A stretch of 64,000 nt of DNA, from sequence record PZ445527.1, one strand, 5' to 3'. Numbering within the stretch: the first letter of the stretch is position 1; every line of letters starts with the position of its first letter. Shown piece after piece: positions 30,175 to 38,747 of this stretch. The notes beneath the pieces were generated by a model. That model saw nothing but the letters and a program-made list of their open reading frames with translations. It was not told where the DNA came from and did no database searches. Both the position numbers and the translations under genes were made by a program. This DNA is from a phage.

Positions 30175-31014
30175 TTAAGAAGACATCTTAGCTTTAAGAG
30201 CTGGGTGAGGATCATACCCCTCCAAATGGAATGACCAAGCTGCCGTATTATTTTCTAGTAAGTCGTAAAGATCTACAAATTCTGGCATTACTAGAGTCGG
30301 TAAAGGACGAGGTTTACGTTTTACCTGTTCTTCTACCTGTTCCATGTGGTCATTATAGATATGAGTATCGCCGCCACTAAAGATAAGGTAGCGAGGTTTT
30401 AATCCTGTCAGTTTTGCTAATATATGCGTTAATAAAGCATAACTAGCAATGTTGAAAGGTAAACCGAGGAAACAATCCACAGAACGTTGTGTCCATTTAA
30501 GATCTAGGTATCCATCGTTACTTACATAGCACTGGAAGCCGTAGTGACAGGGTGGTAATGCCATTTTATCAAGTTCAGCTACGTTCCATGCAGATACTAG
30601 GTGTCTGCGACCATGTGGGTTATTTTTGAGTCCCTCAATAAGTTCTATAATCTGATCTCGTCCACCAAAGTTGCGCCATTGTTTACCATATACTGGCCCT
30701 AGATTACCTTTGTCATAACCCATACTTATGGCTTGGTCTTCGTAGTTTGGAGTCCATATAGTCCATTGCCCCTCATCACACCCAAAAGTGAATACACGTA
30801 GATCATGAAGATTTGTGGAACCAGACAAGAACCATAAAAGTTCTCCTACTACTGATTTCCAGGCCAGGCGTTTAGTAGTTACAGCCGGGAACCCTTCACG
30901 TAGATCGAACTTAGCATAGGAATCAAAAATTGAAACTGTGCCTGTTCCTGTACGGTCATTACGGGGTTCACCTAGTAAAATTACATCTGTCAAAATTTTT
31001 AAGTATTGTTGCAT
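30175..31014 (-). CDS. thyA: thymidylate synthase (279 aa)
   Basis: MQQYL...RNDRTGTGT...LPPCHYGFQCYV (catalytic Cys)...DTHIY motifs. Confidence 0.92.
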   Translation of the reverse strand: MQQYLKILTDVILLGEPRNDRTGTGTVSIFDSYAKFDLREGFPAVTTKRLAWKSVVGELLWFLSGSTNLHDLRVFTFGCDEGQWTIWTPNYEDQAISMGYDKGNLGPVYGKQWRNFGGRDQIIELIEGLKNNPHGRRHLVSAWNVAELDKMALPPCHYGFQCYVSNDGYLDLKWTQRSVDCFLGLPFNIASYALLTHILAKLTGLKPRYLIFSGGDTHIYNDHMEQVEEQVKRKPRPLPTLVMPEFVDLYDLLENNTAAWSFHLEGYDPHPALKAKMSS

Positions 31015-31547
31015 TAATAAGTAACCAATTCCTGTACAAATCGCAGGCTGTTATCACTGTTTGCGCCAACTGCATAGACTAATCGAGTGGATTCATAGTT
31101 ATAATCCAGTATCATACTATCTAGGTGTGTATCTGCCTCTAGCTTCTGTTCGCTAAAGATTGTAGATACAAAAGCACTTTCAATATGCCCATGTTGGTAC
31201 ATTTCTAGAAGAAGACTAGCTCCACCTAGAACTACTGTTTGCTGATCTTTTAGAAAGGTAGGTAATGTATCACCTATCATTGATATGGGAGTGTAAATAT
31301 CGTGTGTAATATCGTCTGGCAGTGGACGATCAGCACGAATAAATAGGTCAGAAGCTCCAATCATACGTTCCCTAACGGTATATGGAAGAGCTAAATAAGT
31401 ACCCGCACCAATGATGATATTATCGGGATTCAACACGTCCAGTTGGGAATAGAAAGCATTCAGCTCTTCCTTGAAGGAGCCCCAAGGAAGCTTACCCCGG
31501 AGGCCGAACTCCCCATTCGGCCCAACTGCATACATTGCTGTAATCAT
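31014..31547 (-). CDS. frd: dihydrofolate reductase (177 aa)
   Basis: N-terminal DHFR signature with GKLPW; sits between nrdB and thyA with overlapping junctions. Confidence 0.8.
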   Translation of the reverse strand: MITAMYAVGPNGEFGLRGKLPWGSFKEELNAFYSQLDVLNPDNIIIGAGTYLALPYTVRERMIGASDLFIRADRPLPDDITHDIYTPISMIGDTLPTFLKDQQTVVLGGASLLLEMYQHGHIESAFVSTIFSEQKLEADTHLDSMILDYNYESTRLVYAVGANSDNSLRFVQELVTY

Positions 31548-32689
31548 AGGAAATCTCCAAATTCATTACCCAAATCTTTCAGGGTATCCATAGACGTTTC
31601 TGTGACTTGACCTACACGGTAGGCTGCACCAATCTGGATTTCTTGTGGAGCAGGCTGTAGAGAGGTAGTATCCAACCAGTTCATGATCCACGGAATAGGG
31701 TTTTTGGTGATTACTGGTAAGTGACTAGGCCATTCTACACCAATGTGCATAAATGCATTACGCCCCACAAAGTACAGATATTCTTCTAGAAGTTCTGCAT
31801 TCAAACCAATCAGACTACGACCTTTGAAGATGAAATGACCCCATTCAATTTCAGTTTTCAGAGTTTTCAGGAGCTGTGCTGGTGCTTTAGCCACTGCTTC
31901 ATCTACCAGATCTTTGTCAAACTGCTGGAACATAATCTGGATGATTGTTTTAGACATCTGCGTGTGAAGGGCCTCATCCTTAGCAATCAACTGCAGATTT
32001 TTAGCAATACCTTGCAGAATATCGTTCTCTGCTAACGCAAAGGTACATGCAAAGGATGCGTAGAACTGCATTGCTTCCAGACCGTAGATTGCAAAATAAG
32101 CATCTAACAGTTTAGCCTGAGTTTCACGCTTAACTTCAGGGAACTCAGTTTCTGGGTATGTATTGTCACCACGATGATCACGTACTGCGATGAAATACTG
32201 ACCTAACTGGTACAGTTCATCAAATAGTTCAACAGAATCTGCGATACGTGCAAATGCTTCTTGGTTTTTAGTTACAGAATCAATAAATTCTGCCGGATCA
32301 GTCAACACATTACGAATAATATTGCTATAGGCACGACTATGCAGGTCTTCAAAGTAGCTCCACTGTTTTAGCATTCCTTCCAGTTCAGGGCGGCTTACAA
32401 GCGGCATAATAGCTGCTTCAGGTGCGCGACTAATGAAAGAATCTGTTTGGGTCTGCCATGCTAAGTTCAGGAGTGTAATTTCCTGAATTTCACGAGGGAG
32501 GTTAGGCCATTGTTTCTTATCAGCCTCTAAACTGATTTCTGTCTCAGTCCAAAATTGAGAGCGTTGCAGAAGTGCCAGACGCTCTAATTCTGGATGTGCT
32601 ACGCGTACATAATCTGCGATACCTAGAGAATCGCCCAGGAAAAGATCAGCGTTAGTATGATCCCAATTCAGGTTTAGTAAAGTAGTCAT
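31544..32689 (-). CDS. nrdB: ribonucleotide reductase class Ia beta subunit (381 aa)
   Basis: Di-iron ligand pattern (E..H in FEDLHSRAY and KDEALH) and an acidic C-terminal alpha-binding tail. Confidence 0.9.
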   Translation of the reverse strand: MTTLLNLNWDHTNADLFLGDSLGIADYVRVAHPELERLALLQRSQFWTETEISLEADKKQWPNLPREIQEITLLNLAWQTQTDSFISRAPEAAIMPLVSRPELEGMLKQWSYFEDLHSRAYSNIIRNVLTDPAEFIDSVTKNQEAFARIADSVELFDELYQLGQYFIAVRDHRGDNTYPETEFPEVKRETQAKLLDAYFAIYGLEAMQFYASFACTFALAENDILQGIAKNLQLIAKDEALHTQMSKTIIQIMFQQFDKDLVDEAVAKAPAQLLKTLKTEIEWGHFIFKGRSLIGLNAELLEEYLYFVGRNAFMHIGVEWPSHLPVITKNPIPWIMNWLDTTSLQPAPQEIQIGAAYRVGQVTETSMDTLKDLGNEFGDFL

Positions 32690-32720
32690 TGATTTTCCTC
32701 TTTCTCACTATTTCAGGAAT

Positions 32721-32749
32721 ATTATAGCAAATCAGATAGCGATTAGCAA
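32721..32749 (-). promoter_or_regulatory. T5-type early promoter (TTGCTA-17-TATAAT) for nrdB-frd-thyA
   Basis: Hexamers and spacer read directly. Confidence 0.75.
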
Positions 32750-32755
32750 GTAAAA

Positions 32756-33247
32756 TTATAAACTATCAAGCTCCAATAGTTTAGCATCACGCCATTCTAT
32801 AGCATCCTCTAATTCTTTAAATGTTTTTGTATATTTTACGCCTTTACGAGCTATCTGGACTTGATATGATCCACTAGCTTTTTGATGAATATTTTTAATA
32901 CCTAGCTTATTGTCTTTATGCGCCCCGACATTCTTTCCGTTACTGAATCTATCAGAAGCTACTAGGTTAATAGCTCTATTATCATGTCGTATTCTATTAT
33001 CGTGGTCTACTTCAGGTGGCAGATACCCATGAATTTTAGCAAAGATTACCCTATGGGCTAAGTAGGGGTATCCTTTAATATTTAATACTATATATCCTGT
33101 AGATTTATCTAAGGAGCCTGCTGGTTTTCCGGCATATTTGGTATTAAATGTTTTATTATCTCTAGGTCTATGAGTCAATATTCCAGTATATGGATCATAA
33201 TCAAATAATTTAGCTACCTCTAGATGATCTTCTAATGTTTTTGACAT
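32756..33247 (-). CDS. HNH homing endonuclease between nrdA and nrdB (about 163 aa)
   Basis: HNH_3 motif VDHDNRIRHDNRAINL plus an AP2-like C-terminal half. The track ORF starts at 33262, but MSKTLEDH at 33247 is more likely. Confidence 0.8.
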   Translation of the reverse strand: MSKTLEDHLEVAKLFDYDPYTGILTHRPRDNKTFNTKYAGKPAGSLDKSTGYIVLNIKGYPYLAHRVIFAKIHGYLPPEVDHDNRIRHDNRAINLVASDRFSNGKNVGAHKDNKLGIKNIHQKASGSYQVQIARKGVKYTKTFKELEDAIEWRDAKLLELDSL

Positions 33248-33311
33248 AATTATAATTTCCAACCAATTAGTATAAAAATAAGAGGGTTATAATTAACCCT
33301 CTTTACTAGTT

Positions 33312-36300
33312 TTATAAGGTGCAGCCACCTGAAGAACATCCTGTAGTTTCTCCAGCTCCTCCACCATTCGCAGTGTTAAAGTTAGCATAATACCAGGTTT
33401 TTATACCATACTTAACCGCAGTCATAAAGTCACGAACTACTACTGGGCCAGGGATGATTTCATTCTCGAATTTAGAGTAATCATAATACATCTGGAAACT
33501 TGATGACTGACTCAAGAATTTTTGGTAAACGGCGTTCCACTTGATCCACTCAATACGATCTACATCATAGGCCAGTTTATAGCTCATGAGAGTATCCCAA
33601 TCAGTTGCACCTGGGGCAATTGCAATTACTTTATTCACTGCACTACCCTTGATAGATACAATCTTACGAGGTGGTTCAATAGAGTTAGTAACGCCTAACA
33701 GAACAGAGGAACTTTCTCCCGGCATCTGCGCAGTCAGAACAGAGTTACGCATACCGTATTTCAGAATGTCTGCACGCAGAGATTCCCAATCCATTTCTAG
33801 ACCTACGGATACCAGCTCATCAACAGTTTTCTTATACGTGTCGATTACCAGAATTCCTTTGGATGGTTTAGTACGATTAAACCATTCACATGCACCTTGT
33901 TCTTTAGCCAGACGTACAGAGGCTTTATGTAGGAAGTAAGACAGTTTTTCAGCTTCACGATGAATCCAGTTACGTGCTTCAACGCCTTCATAAGCCAAAC
34001 CTTCCGCCGCCATTGCACCTGCTGCGTTCATCAGACCAATACCAACATTACGACGTTTCTTAGCCGTATATTCCATAGTTGGGAACGGATAATCCTGAAT
34101 TTCAATGATGGTATCAACGAATTTCAGGAGGATGTAGCAAGTTTTCTCCCACTCAGCCAGAGATTCCATGCGTCCTAGTACAACACCACCTAAGTTACAC
34201 AGAGATACTTCACCAATATCCTCTGGCTTCATTTGATCAAGCTGCTCTTTTGTCTTATACAGCTCTGTGATATGATGGAACGGGCGTGTAGGCTGAGTAA
34301 TTTCTACACAGTTACCCGCTAAAATGCCATTAAATACACCTAAGTTTAATTTAGGTTCTGTAAAGCAATAAGTATCACTAATACGACCAGTAAACTCAAC
34401 GTTAGTTACAGTTACAAAACGGGTTGCGTCTCTATTGGGGCGTGTTAGGTTTAAGAGTTTCTCTTTATCCAAAGAGAGTCCTAAATCTTTAAGTTTCCAG
34501 AAGCCACTACTCCCCACAATAAGCCTACTAGTCTCCTTGCAGTGGTATAGTTTACTAGTACCAGTACCATCTGGTAACTCGTGGTCACCTTCTTTGCGTC
34601 CTAAAATAATCTTGCTAGTAACCCCCAATTCTAGTAACAAATCCTTCACTTTACTTAGAAAATCAGGCTCTGCCGAAGCAACCACAATACTAGGAGTTGT
34701 GCCATTTTTCTGTATGCAGCCATCTGCATCTAAATATCCCTCTAACCATTTGATACGGCTATCAATAGTATACTCTGGGCCAGGTACAAAATACTTCGGC
34801 ATTAAATCAGACTTAACAATATAGCTCAGTCTACCTGTGCTGTCCAGTAATCCACTTCCCTGAATTTCTGCGTCAATTTTATCCACTAATGGTAGTTTGC
34901 CACCTTTTTCATAGAAGTACAGCTTAGGTTCTCCATGTCTTCCATAAGTTCCATCTCCAGTGAAGAAACCGTTAGTATAAGGAGATTTTAGTACCATATT
35001 TCCATGATCTACAATAGGATTACTAAATTTAGGCATTTTCATACCTACTTGCAAGTCTACTGCTCGTACCTCTTCTAGCCCCTGTTTGAAAGAGGTACGA
35101 CGATCCTCTCTGACATATTTGGGCTGGTGGTAGAACTTATGATAAAGAGTAGATTCAATAGTAGATCCATCAGAGAATGTGATTTTTATCAACTCCTGAG
35201 CTTCCCCAGTTTTAGTAGGGATAACTGTTGACCATTCTTGTCCGTTCCAAATCTCTACTTCTTTACCAACTAAATCAATAATCTCTATGTTACCATTTTT
35301 GGTTAAAATTTTTGTTTCTGGAGCTACACAAAGGTTTGTCATACGGATTGGATCAAGGAAGTTACCGTGACGATTAGATTCCCCGATGTGGTGCGCATAC
35401 ATACGTCCTGTTTCCATTCGGATACGTAGCCAAGTATCTAGGATTTCTTTTGCAGAGACTTTAGGAGCTGCTGGAACTGTTTTTCCTTCGTGGTCGATCT
35501 TTGTAAGAGATGCCACACGTTTCTCCGCTGCCACGTAGATTTCTTCAAATTTAGCCTCGTCATCACTATAAAACGCTTCATGAACTTCTGGAGCATAGAA
35601 GTATGACATTAGCGTAATATCTTCATTTTTCAGATAACGTTTTAACAAAAGATTGTTGAAGCTCAGAGAATAATCCATCTTATCAATTTTATTCTCGTCT
35701 GTAGCACGTTGTTGCTTAACCTGCATCAACTGAATGATTTCAGGGTCAAAGTATGGATAAGACACTGTAGCAGAACCACCACGAGTTTGCTGAGTATTGG
35801 CCTTTACTGAGCGATCAATGTGTCGATAATATGGCAGTTTTCCGGAATGCGGGAATGCCCCATTTCGCACCGGATCAGCAATTGATCTGCTTTCAAGATG
35901 ATACCCGATTCCCGCTCTGGCTGCAACCATTTTGAAGACGATGTGCTCGGCGGTGTCGATTGAATCCAACGTGTCAGTGGAATCCACGAGGCAGCAACTA
36001 GCAAATCCACGGTCACTAGAGCGCAGACCAACCAGTGGCGGCGTAGGAACGTTGATTTTGTGGAGCGACATTGCGTTGTAGAGGTCGATTGCATCTAGAA
36101 TTGTCCAGTTAGGTTGAGATAACATCGCCATTGCCATACCCATGTAGGCAAACTGCGGAGTTTCATAAATTTCACCAGTGGCTATGTTGCGGCGGGAATA
36201 CTTATCAAAGAACTGCTTCAGTCCACCACTAGTAAAAAGACGGTCACGATCATGGTCGATAACCTGATTCAGAGCTTCAAATTGCTCATCGGTAATCCAT

Positions 36301-36659
36301 GCACTCATGTCTTCCCATGCACCTACGCTAACCATGTGGTCATGGAAGAAGCGCAGAGAAGGTGGTTCGAAGGAATCATAAAGGCGTTTACGCATTTGCG
36401 CAAGACGTAATTCCTTTGCTGGCACATCGTATGCTGGGTTATCTTTGATAAGGCTTTCAGCAGCCTTAATTAATGCGTCCATCAGAGTGTCGGAATCTAC
36501 AACCCCTTTAGGCAGAGTTTTTTGAGCAGCCATAGTAATGGCTGACCAACTTACATCAACTGTTTTGCAACCATACTCTGCCCAACCATTGAGTTTTTCA
36601 GGAGCAAAGTCTTCTACAGTACCGTCACGTTTAATTACTTTTTCAATGCGATGGCTCAT
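33312..36659 (-). CDS. nrdA: ribonucleotide reductase class Ia alpha subunit precursor containing an intein (1115 aa; about 775 aa after splicing)
   Basis: ATP-cone (VIKRDGTVEDF), RNR barrel motifs and a C-terminal CSSGGC redox pair. Start at ATG 36659 after AAGGAAAA; the track ORF extends to 36764 across the promoter. Confidence 0.9.
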   Translation of the reverse strand: MSHRIEKVIKRDGTVEDFAPEKLNGWAEYGCKTVDVSWSAITMAAQKTLPKGVVDSDTLMDALIKAAESLIKDNPAYDVPAKELRLAQMRKRLYDSFEPPSLRFFHDHMVSVGAWEDMSAWITDEQFEALNQVIDHDRDRLFTSGGLKQFFDKYSRRNIATGEIYETPQFAYMGMAMAMLSQPNWTILDAIDLYNAMSLHKINVPTPPLVGLRSSDRGFASCCLVDSTDTLDSIDTAEHIVFKMVAARAGIGYHLESRSIADPVRNGAFPHSGKLPYYRHIDRSVKANTQQTRGGSATVSYPYFDPEIIQLMQVKQQRATDENKIDKMDYSLSFNNLLLKRYLKNEDITLMSYFYAPEVHEAFYSDDEAKFEEIYVAAEKRVASLTKIDHEGKTVPAAPKVSAKEILDTWLRIRMETGRMYAHHIGESNRHGNFLDPIRMTNLCVAPETKILTKNGNIEIIDLVGKEVEIWNGQEWSTVIPTKTGEAQELIKITFSDGSTIESTLYHKFYHQPKYVREDRRTSFKQGLEEVRAVDLQVGMKMPKFSNPIVDHGNMVLKSPYTNGFFTGDGTYGRHGEPKLYFYEKGGKLPLVDKIDAEIQGSGLLDSTGRLSYIVKSDLMPKYFVPGPEYTIDSRIKWLEGYLDADGCIQKNGTTPSIVVASAEPDFLSKVKDLLLELGVTSKIILGRKEGDHELPDGTGTSKLYHCKETSRLIVGSSGFWKLKDLGLSLDKEKLLNLTRPNRDATRFVTVTNVEFTGRISDTYCFTEPKLNLGVFNGILAGNCVEITQPTRPFHHITELYKTKEQLDQMKPEDIGEVSLCNLGGVVLGRMESLAEWEKTCYILLKFVDTIIEIQDYPFPTMEYTAKKRRNVGIGLMNAAGAMAAEGLAYEGVEARNWIHREAEKLSYFLHKASVRLAKEQGACEWFNRTKPSKGILVIDTYKKTVDELVSVGLEMDWESLRADILKYGMRNSVLTAQMPGESSSVLLGVTNSIEPPRKIVSIKGSAVNKVIAIAPGATDWDTLMSYKLAYDVDRIEWIKWNAVYQKFLSQSSSFQMYYDYSKFENEIIPGPVVVRDFMTAVKYGIKTWYYANFNTANGGGAGETTGCSSGGCTL
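34311..35330 (-). mobile_element. intein (340 aa) with a LAGLIDADG homing-endonuclease domain, inserted in the NrdA catalytic N-L-C-x-E loop
   Basis: N-terminus MTNL|CVAPETKILT, C-terminus GILAGN|CVEITQPT. Dodecapeptide motifs NGFFTGDGTYG and LEGYLDADGCIQ. Confidence 0.85.
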
Positions 36660-36697
36660 TTGGTTTTCCTTTTTATAGTTATCAGGATTTAAGGAAT

Positions 36698-36726
36698 ATT
36701 CTACATTATTATTGGTCATTAGGCAA
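36698..36726 (-). promoter_or_regulatory. sigma70 promoter of nrdA (TTGCCT-17-TAGAAT)
   Basis: Hexamers and spacer read directly, between the terminator and the nrdA RBS. Confidence 0.6.
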
Positions 36727-36742
36727 ATAAAATTTTCTGATA

Positions 36743-36774
36743 GAAAAGGCCCGAGTATTTTCATACCCAGGCCC
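36743..36774 (-). terminator. rho-independent terminator
   Basis: A 10-bp stem GGCCTGGGTA/TACTCGGGCC (two G:U pairs), loop TGAAAA, followed by TTTTCT. Confidence 0.7.
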
Positions 36775-36803
36775 TCTGTGTTGTCAGTCTAGTTTTTGGC
36801 CAC

Positions 36804-37001
36804 TTAAGTTCTCAGCAGAATATCTATCGAGGTACTTAGTTCACTATAATTGAAGGGCCGATTTGGATTTGAGGTTACAATTTTCCACGCTAGGGTAGTC
36901 TTAGGACTTTCTTCCCCTTCCTTACGTGTAATCATATTAGCAGCGCTCAGTGAAGTACGATGTATTTTAGTTTTTCGGTGTAGATGTACAACGTCTCCCA
37001 T
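36804..37001 (-). CDS. hypothetical small protein (65 aa)
   Basis: ATG 37001 lies 2 nt after the phoH stop, with AAGGTG as RBS. The track's 88-aa version overlaps phoH. Confidence 0.45.
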   Translation of the reverse strand: MGDVVHLHRKTKIHRTSLSAANMITRKEGEESPKTTLAWKIVTSNPNRPFNYSELSTSIDILLRT

Positions 37002-37002
37002 A

Positions 37003-37755
37003 TTACACCTTCCCCATGTCTTTAAAAATATCGTAGAATGCTTTAGACTCAGCAGAACGAACGTTATCAATTAATTCGATCATTGAGAATGGAGCATTTT
37101 CATATTTCTCATAAACTTCCATAAGAAGTGCTAGACCTGAGTCACCTTTAATGTCTTTCTGAGCTATATCCCCGCAGATAATCAAACGGCAGTCTTGTCC
37201 TACACGAGTTAGGAGACAAACCATTGCCTCAACGGAAATATTCTGAGCTTCATCGACAATTACATAGGAGTTGTTGAAAGTTCTGCCACGAGCATGTTCT
37301 ATAGCCAAAAATTTAATTTTCTGACGTTCGACATATCCCTTATAGGCATGATCACCGATGGCCCATTTCATACCATCAGCTATTGGCTCCAACCAAGGCT
37401 CTAGCTTTTCGGCTAGATCACCAGGAAGCATACCAAGAGACTTACCTAGAGGTTCATTAGGACGTACGAGAATCACTTGCTCAATATCTGAGTGAATGTC
37501 TACGAGTTCCTGAGCTGCAAGAACGGACGGAATAAAGGTTTTACCAGTACCTGGCTCACCGATACCCACAGTCACTGTGTTGTTCTTGATCATATTGATA
37601 TATGATTTTTGCTCGCGGTTTTTACCTACTAGGGATTTAGCAACTGGGTTAGCGTAATCATTAGAAAAATCAGCCTGAATTACGTTATTCTCATATTTGT
37701 TGCCACGCTTTCTTGAACCATTGCGGTTCTCTCTTTTTTGACGTGCTTTTCCCAT
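37003..37755 (-). CDS. phoH: PhoH-like ATPase (250 aa)
   Basis: Walker A GEPGTGKTF and Walker B VIVDEAQN. ATG 37755 is 8 nt after TAGGAG, whereas the GTG at 37764 abuts the RBS. Confidence 0.85.
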   Translation of the reverse strand: MGKARQKRENRNGSRKRGNKYENNVIQADFSNDYANPVAKSLVGKNREQKSYINMIKNNTVTVGIGEPGTGKTFIPSVLAAQELVDIHSDIEQVILVRPNEPLGKSLGMLPGDLAEKLEPWLEPIADGMKWAIGDHAYKGYVERQKIKFLAIEHARGRTFNNSYVIVDEAQNISVEAMVCLLTRVGQDCRLIICGDIAQKDIKGDSGLALLMEVYEKYENAPFSMIELIDNVRSAESKAFYDIFKDMGKV

Positions 37756-37830
37756 AAATAACACTCCTATAGTGTACTTCGCTTCTAACAGAGGATCAAC
37801 AAAAGATCTTGTTTATCAACTTACAAATAT

Positions 37831-37859
37831 ATTATACCAGTATATACAGTAAAAAGCAA
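37831..37859 (-). promoter_or_regulatory. T5-type early promoter (TTGCTT-17-TATAAT) for phoH, leftward arm of the divergent region
   Basis: Hexamers read directly; about 70-nt 5' UTR. Confidence 0.7.
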
Positions 37860-37904
37860 CTACAATTTTAAATAAGCCTATGATATTGCATTTAAATAAA
37901 AAAT

Positions 37905-37933
37905 TTGCTTGCTTATAGAGGTAGAAATATGAT
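37905..37933 (+). promoter_or_regulatory. sigma70 promoter (TTGCTT-17-TATGAT), rightward
   Basis: Hexamers and spacer read directly in the AT-rich divergent region. Confidence 0.5.
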
Positions 37934-38030
37934 ACTAGATAATCATTTATTTATATGTAAAAATACTATGCTGTATAGCATCAATAAAAATTGATAAAAA
38001 TCAAAAGTCAAATAGTATTAGAAAAATGTA

Positions 38031-38059
38031 GTTGACGTATGGGGTGGAATTATGTATAA
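38031..38059 (+). promoter_or_regulatory. sigma70 promoter (TTGACG-17-TATAAT), rightward
   Basis: Hexamers read directly, 22 nt upstream of the AAGGAG RBS of ORF 38082. Confidence 0.7.
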
Positions 38060-38081
38060 TATGTGAATTAAGGAGAATTTA

Positions 38082-38747
38082 ATGGTAAGAAAGAAAATAA
38101 CTACAGAAGATGTGAACTTAGCACTTGCTCCCAGAGGAATAATTATGCTAAGCACGTATATATCAGCTAAATCCAATGCTATATTTAAGTGCTCTAATGG
38201 GCATAGTTGGGAGGCTAGAGTAGATAATGTAAAAGGTGGGAGAGGTTGCCCTTATTGTGCTAGTCGTACTTTAGATCTTAAAGAGGTAAATGAATCCTTA
38301 GCTGCTCGTGGAATAAAGATGGAAGGTAAATACATCAATTCTAAGAGTAAAATTATGTTCAGCTGTGAGAATGATCATAGGTGGGAGTCTACCCTTGATA
38401 GTGTTAGAAATCATAATTCTGGTTGTCCTATATGTTTATTAGAGAAGGATAATTATCCTACTAACGTATATATTTTAGTAAGTAGTATGGGAACCAAAAT
38501 AGGGATGTCTAGCAGAACTAAAGATAGACTCAGAGATATTAAAACTTCTTCTAACATACATGATTTAAAAATATTTAAGGAATATAGCTTTTCAGATAGA
38601 TCAAAAGCTGTGCGTATTGAAAGAGAAGCCCATTTACAGTTTAAGGAATATAATTGTCAGTACAAAGATTTTGATGGTGCTACAGAATTTTTTAGTATTG
38701 AGCCAGAAGTAGTAGCAAGGTTTATTGAGGAAATAATTAATGAATAA
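38082..38747 (+). CDS. T5orf172 (GIY-YIG-related) domain protein with two N-terminal zinc ribbons (221 aa)
   Basis: Duplicated C..H...C..C modules (CSNGHSWE...CPYC, CENDHRWE...CPIC), then VYILVSSMGTKIGMS...RLRDI...GATEFF. Confidence 0.7.
   Translation: MVRKKITTEDVNLALAPRGIIMLSTYISAKSNAIFKCSNGHSWEARVDNVKGGRGCPYCASRTLDLKEVNESLAARGIKMEGKYINSKSKIMFSCENDHRWESTLDSVRNHNSGCPICLLEKDNYPTNVYILVSSMGTKIGMSSRTKDRLRDIKTSSNIHDLKIFKEYSFSDRSKAVRIEREAHLQFKEYNCQYKDFDGATEFFSIEPEVVARFIEEIINE

Noticed and set aside
36659-36764. N-terminal extensions of track ORFs: nrdA to 36764, holin to 7996, polymerase from 56529, helicase from 53556, phoH to 37764
   Set aside because: The extensions would run through the gene's own promoter, terminator or RBS. 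Downstream starts with proper Shine-Dalgarno spacing give lengths that match the known T5 proteins (holin 218 aa, polymerase 855 aa).
36804-37074. 88-aa minus-strand and 74-aa plus-strand ORFs overlapping the phoH 3' end
   Set aside because: The overlap with the well-supported PhoH ORF is unnecessary. Only the 65-aa version starting at ATG 37001, 2 nt after the phoH stop, was retained, and at low confidence.
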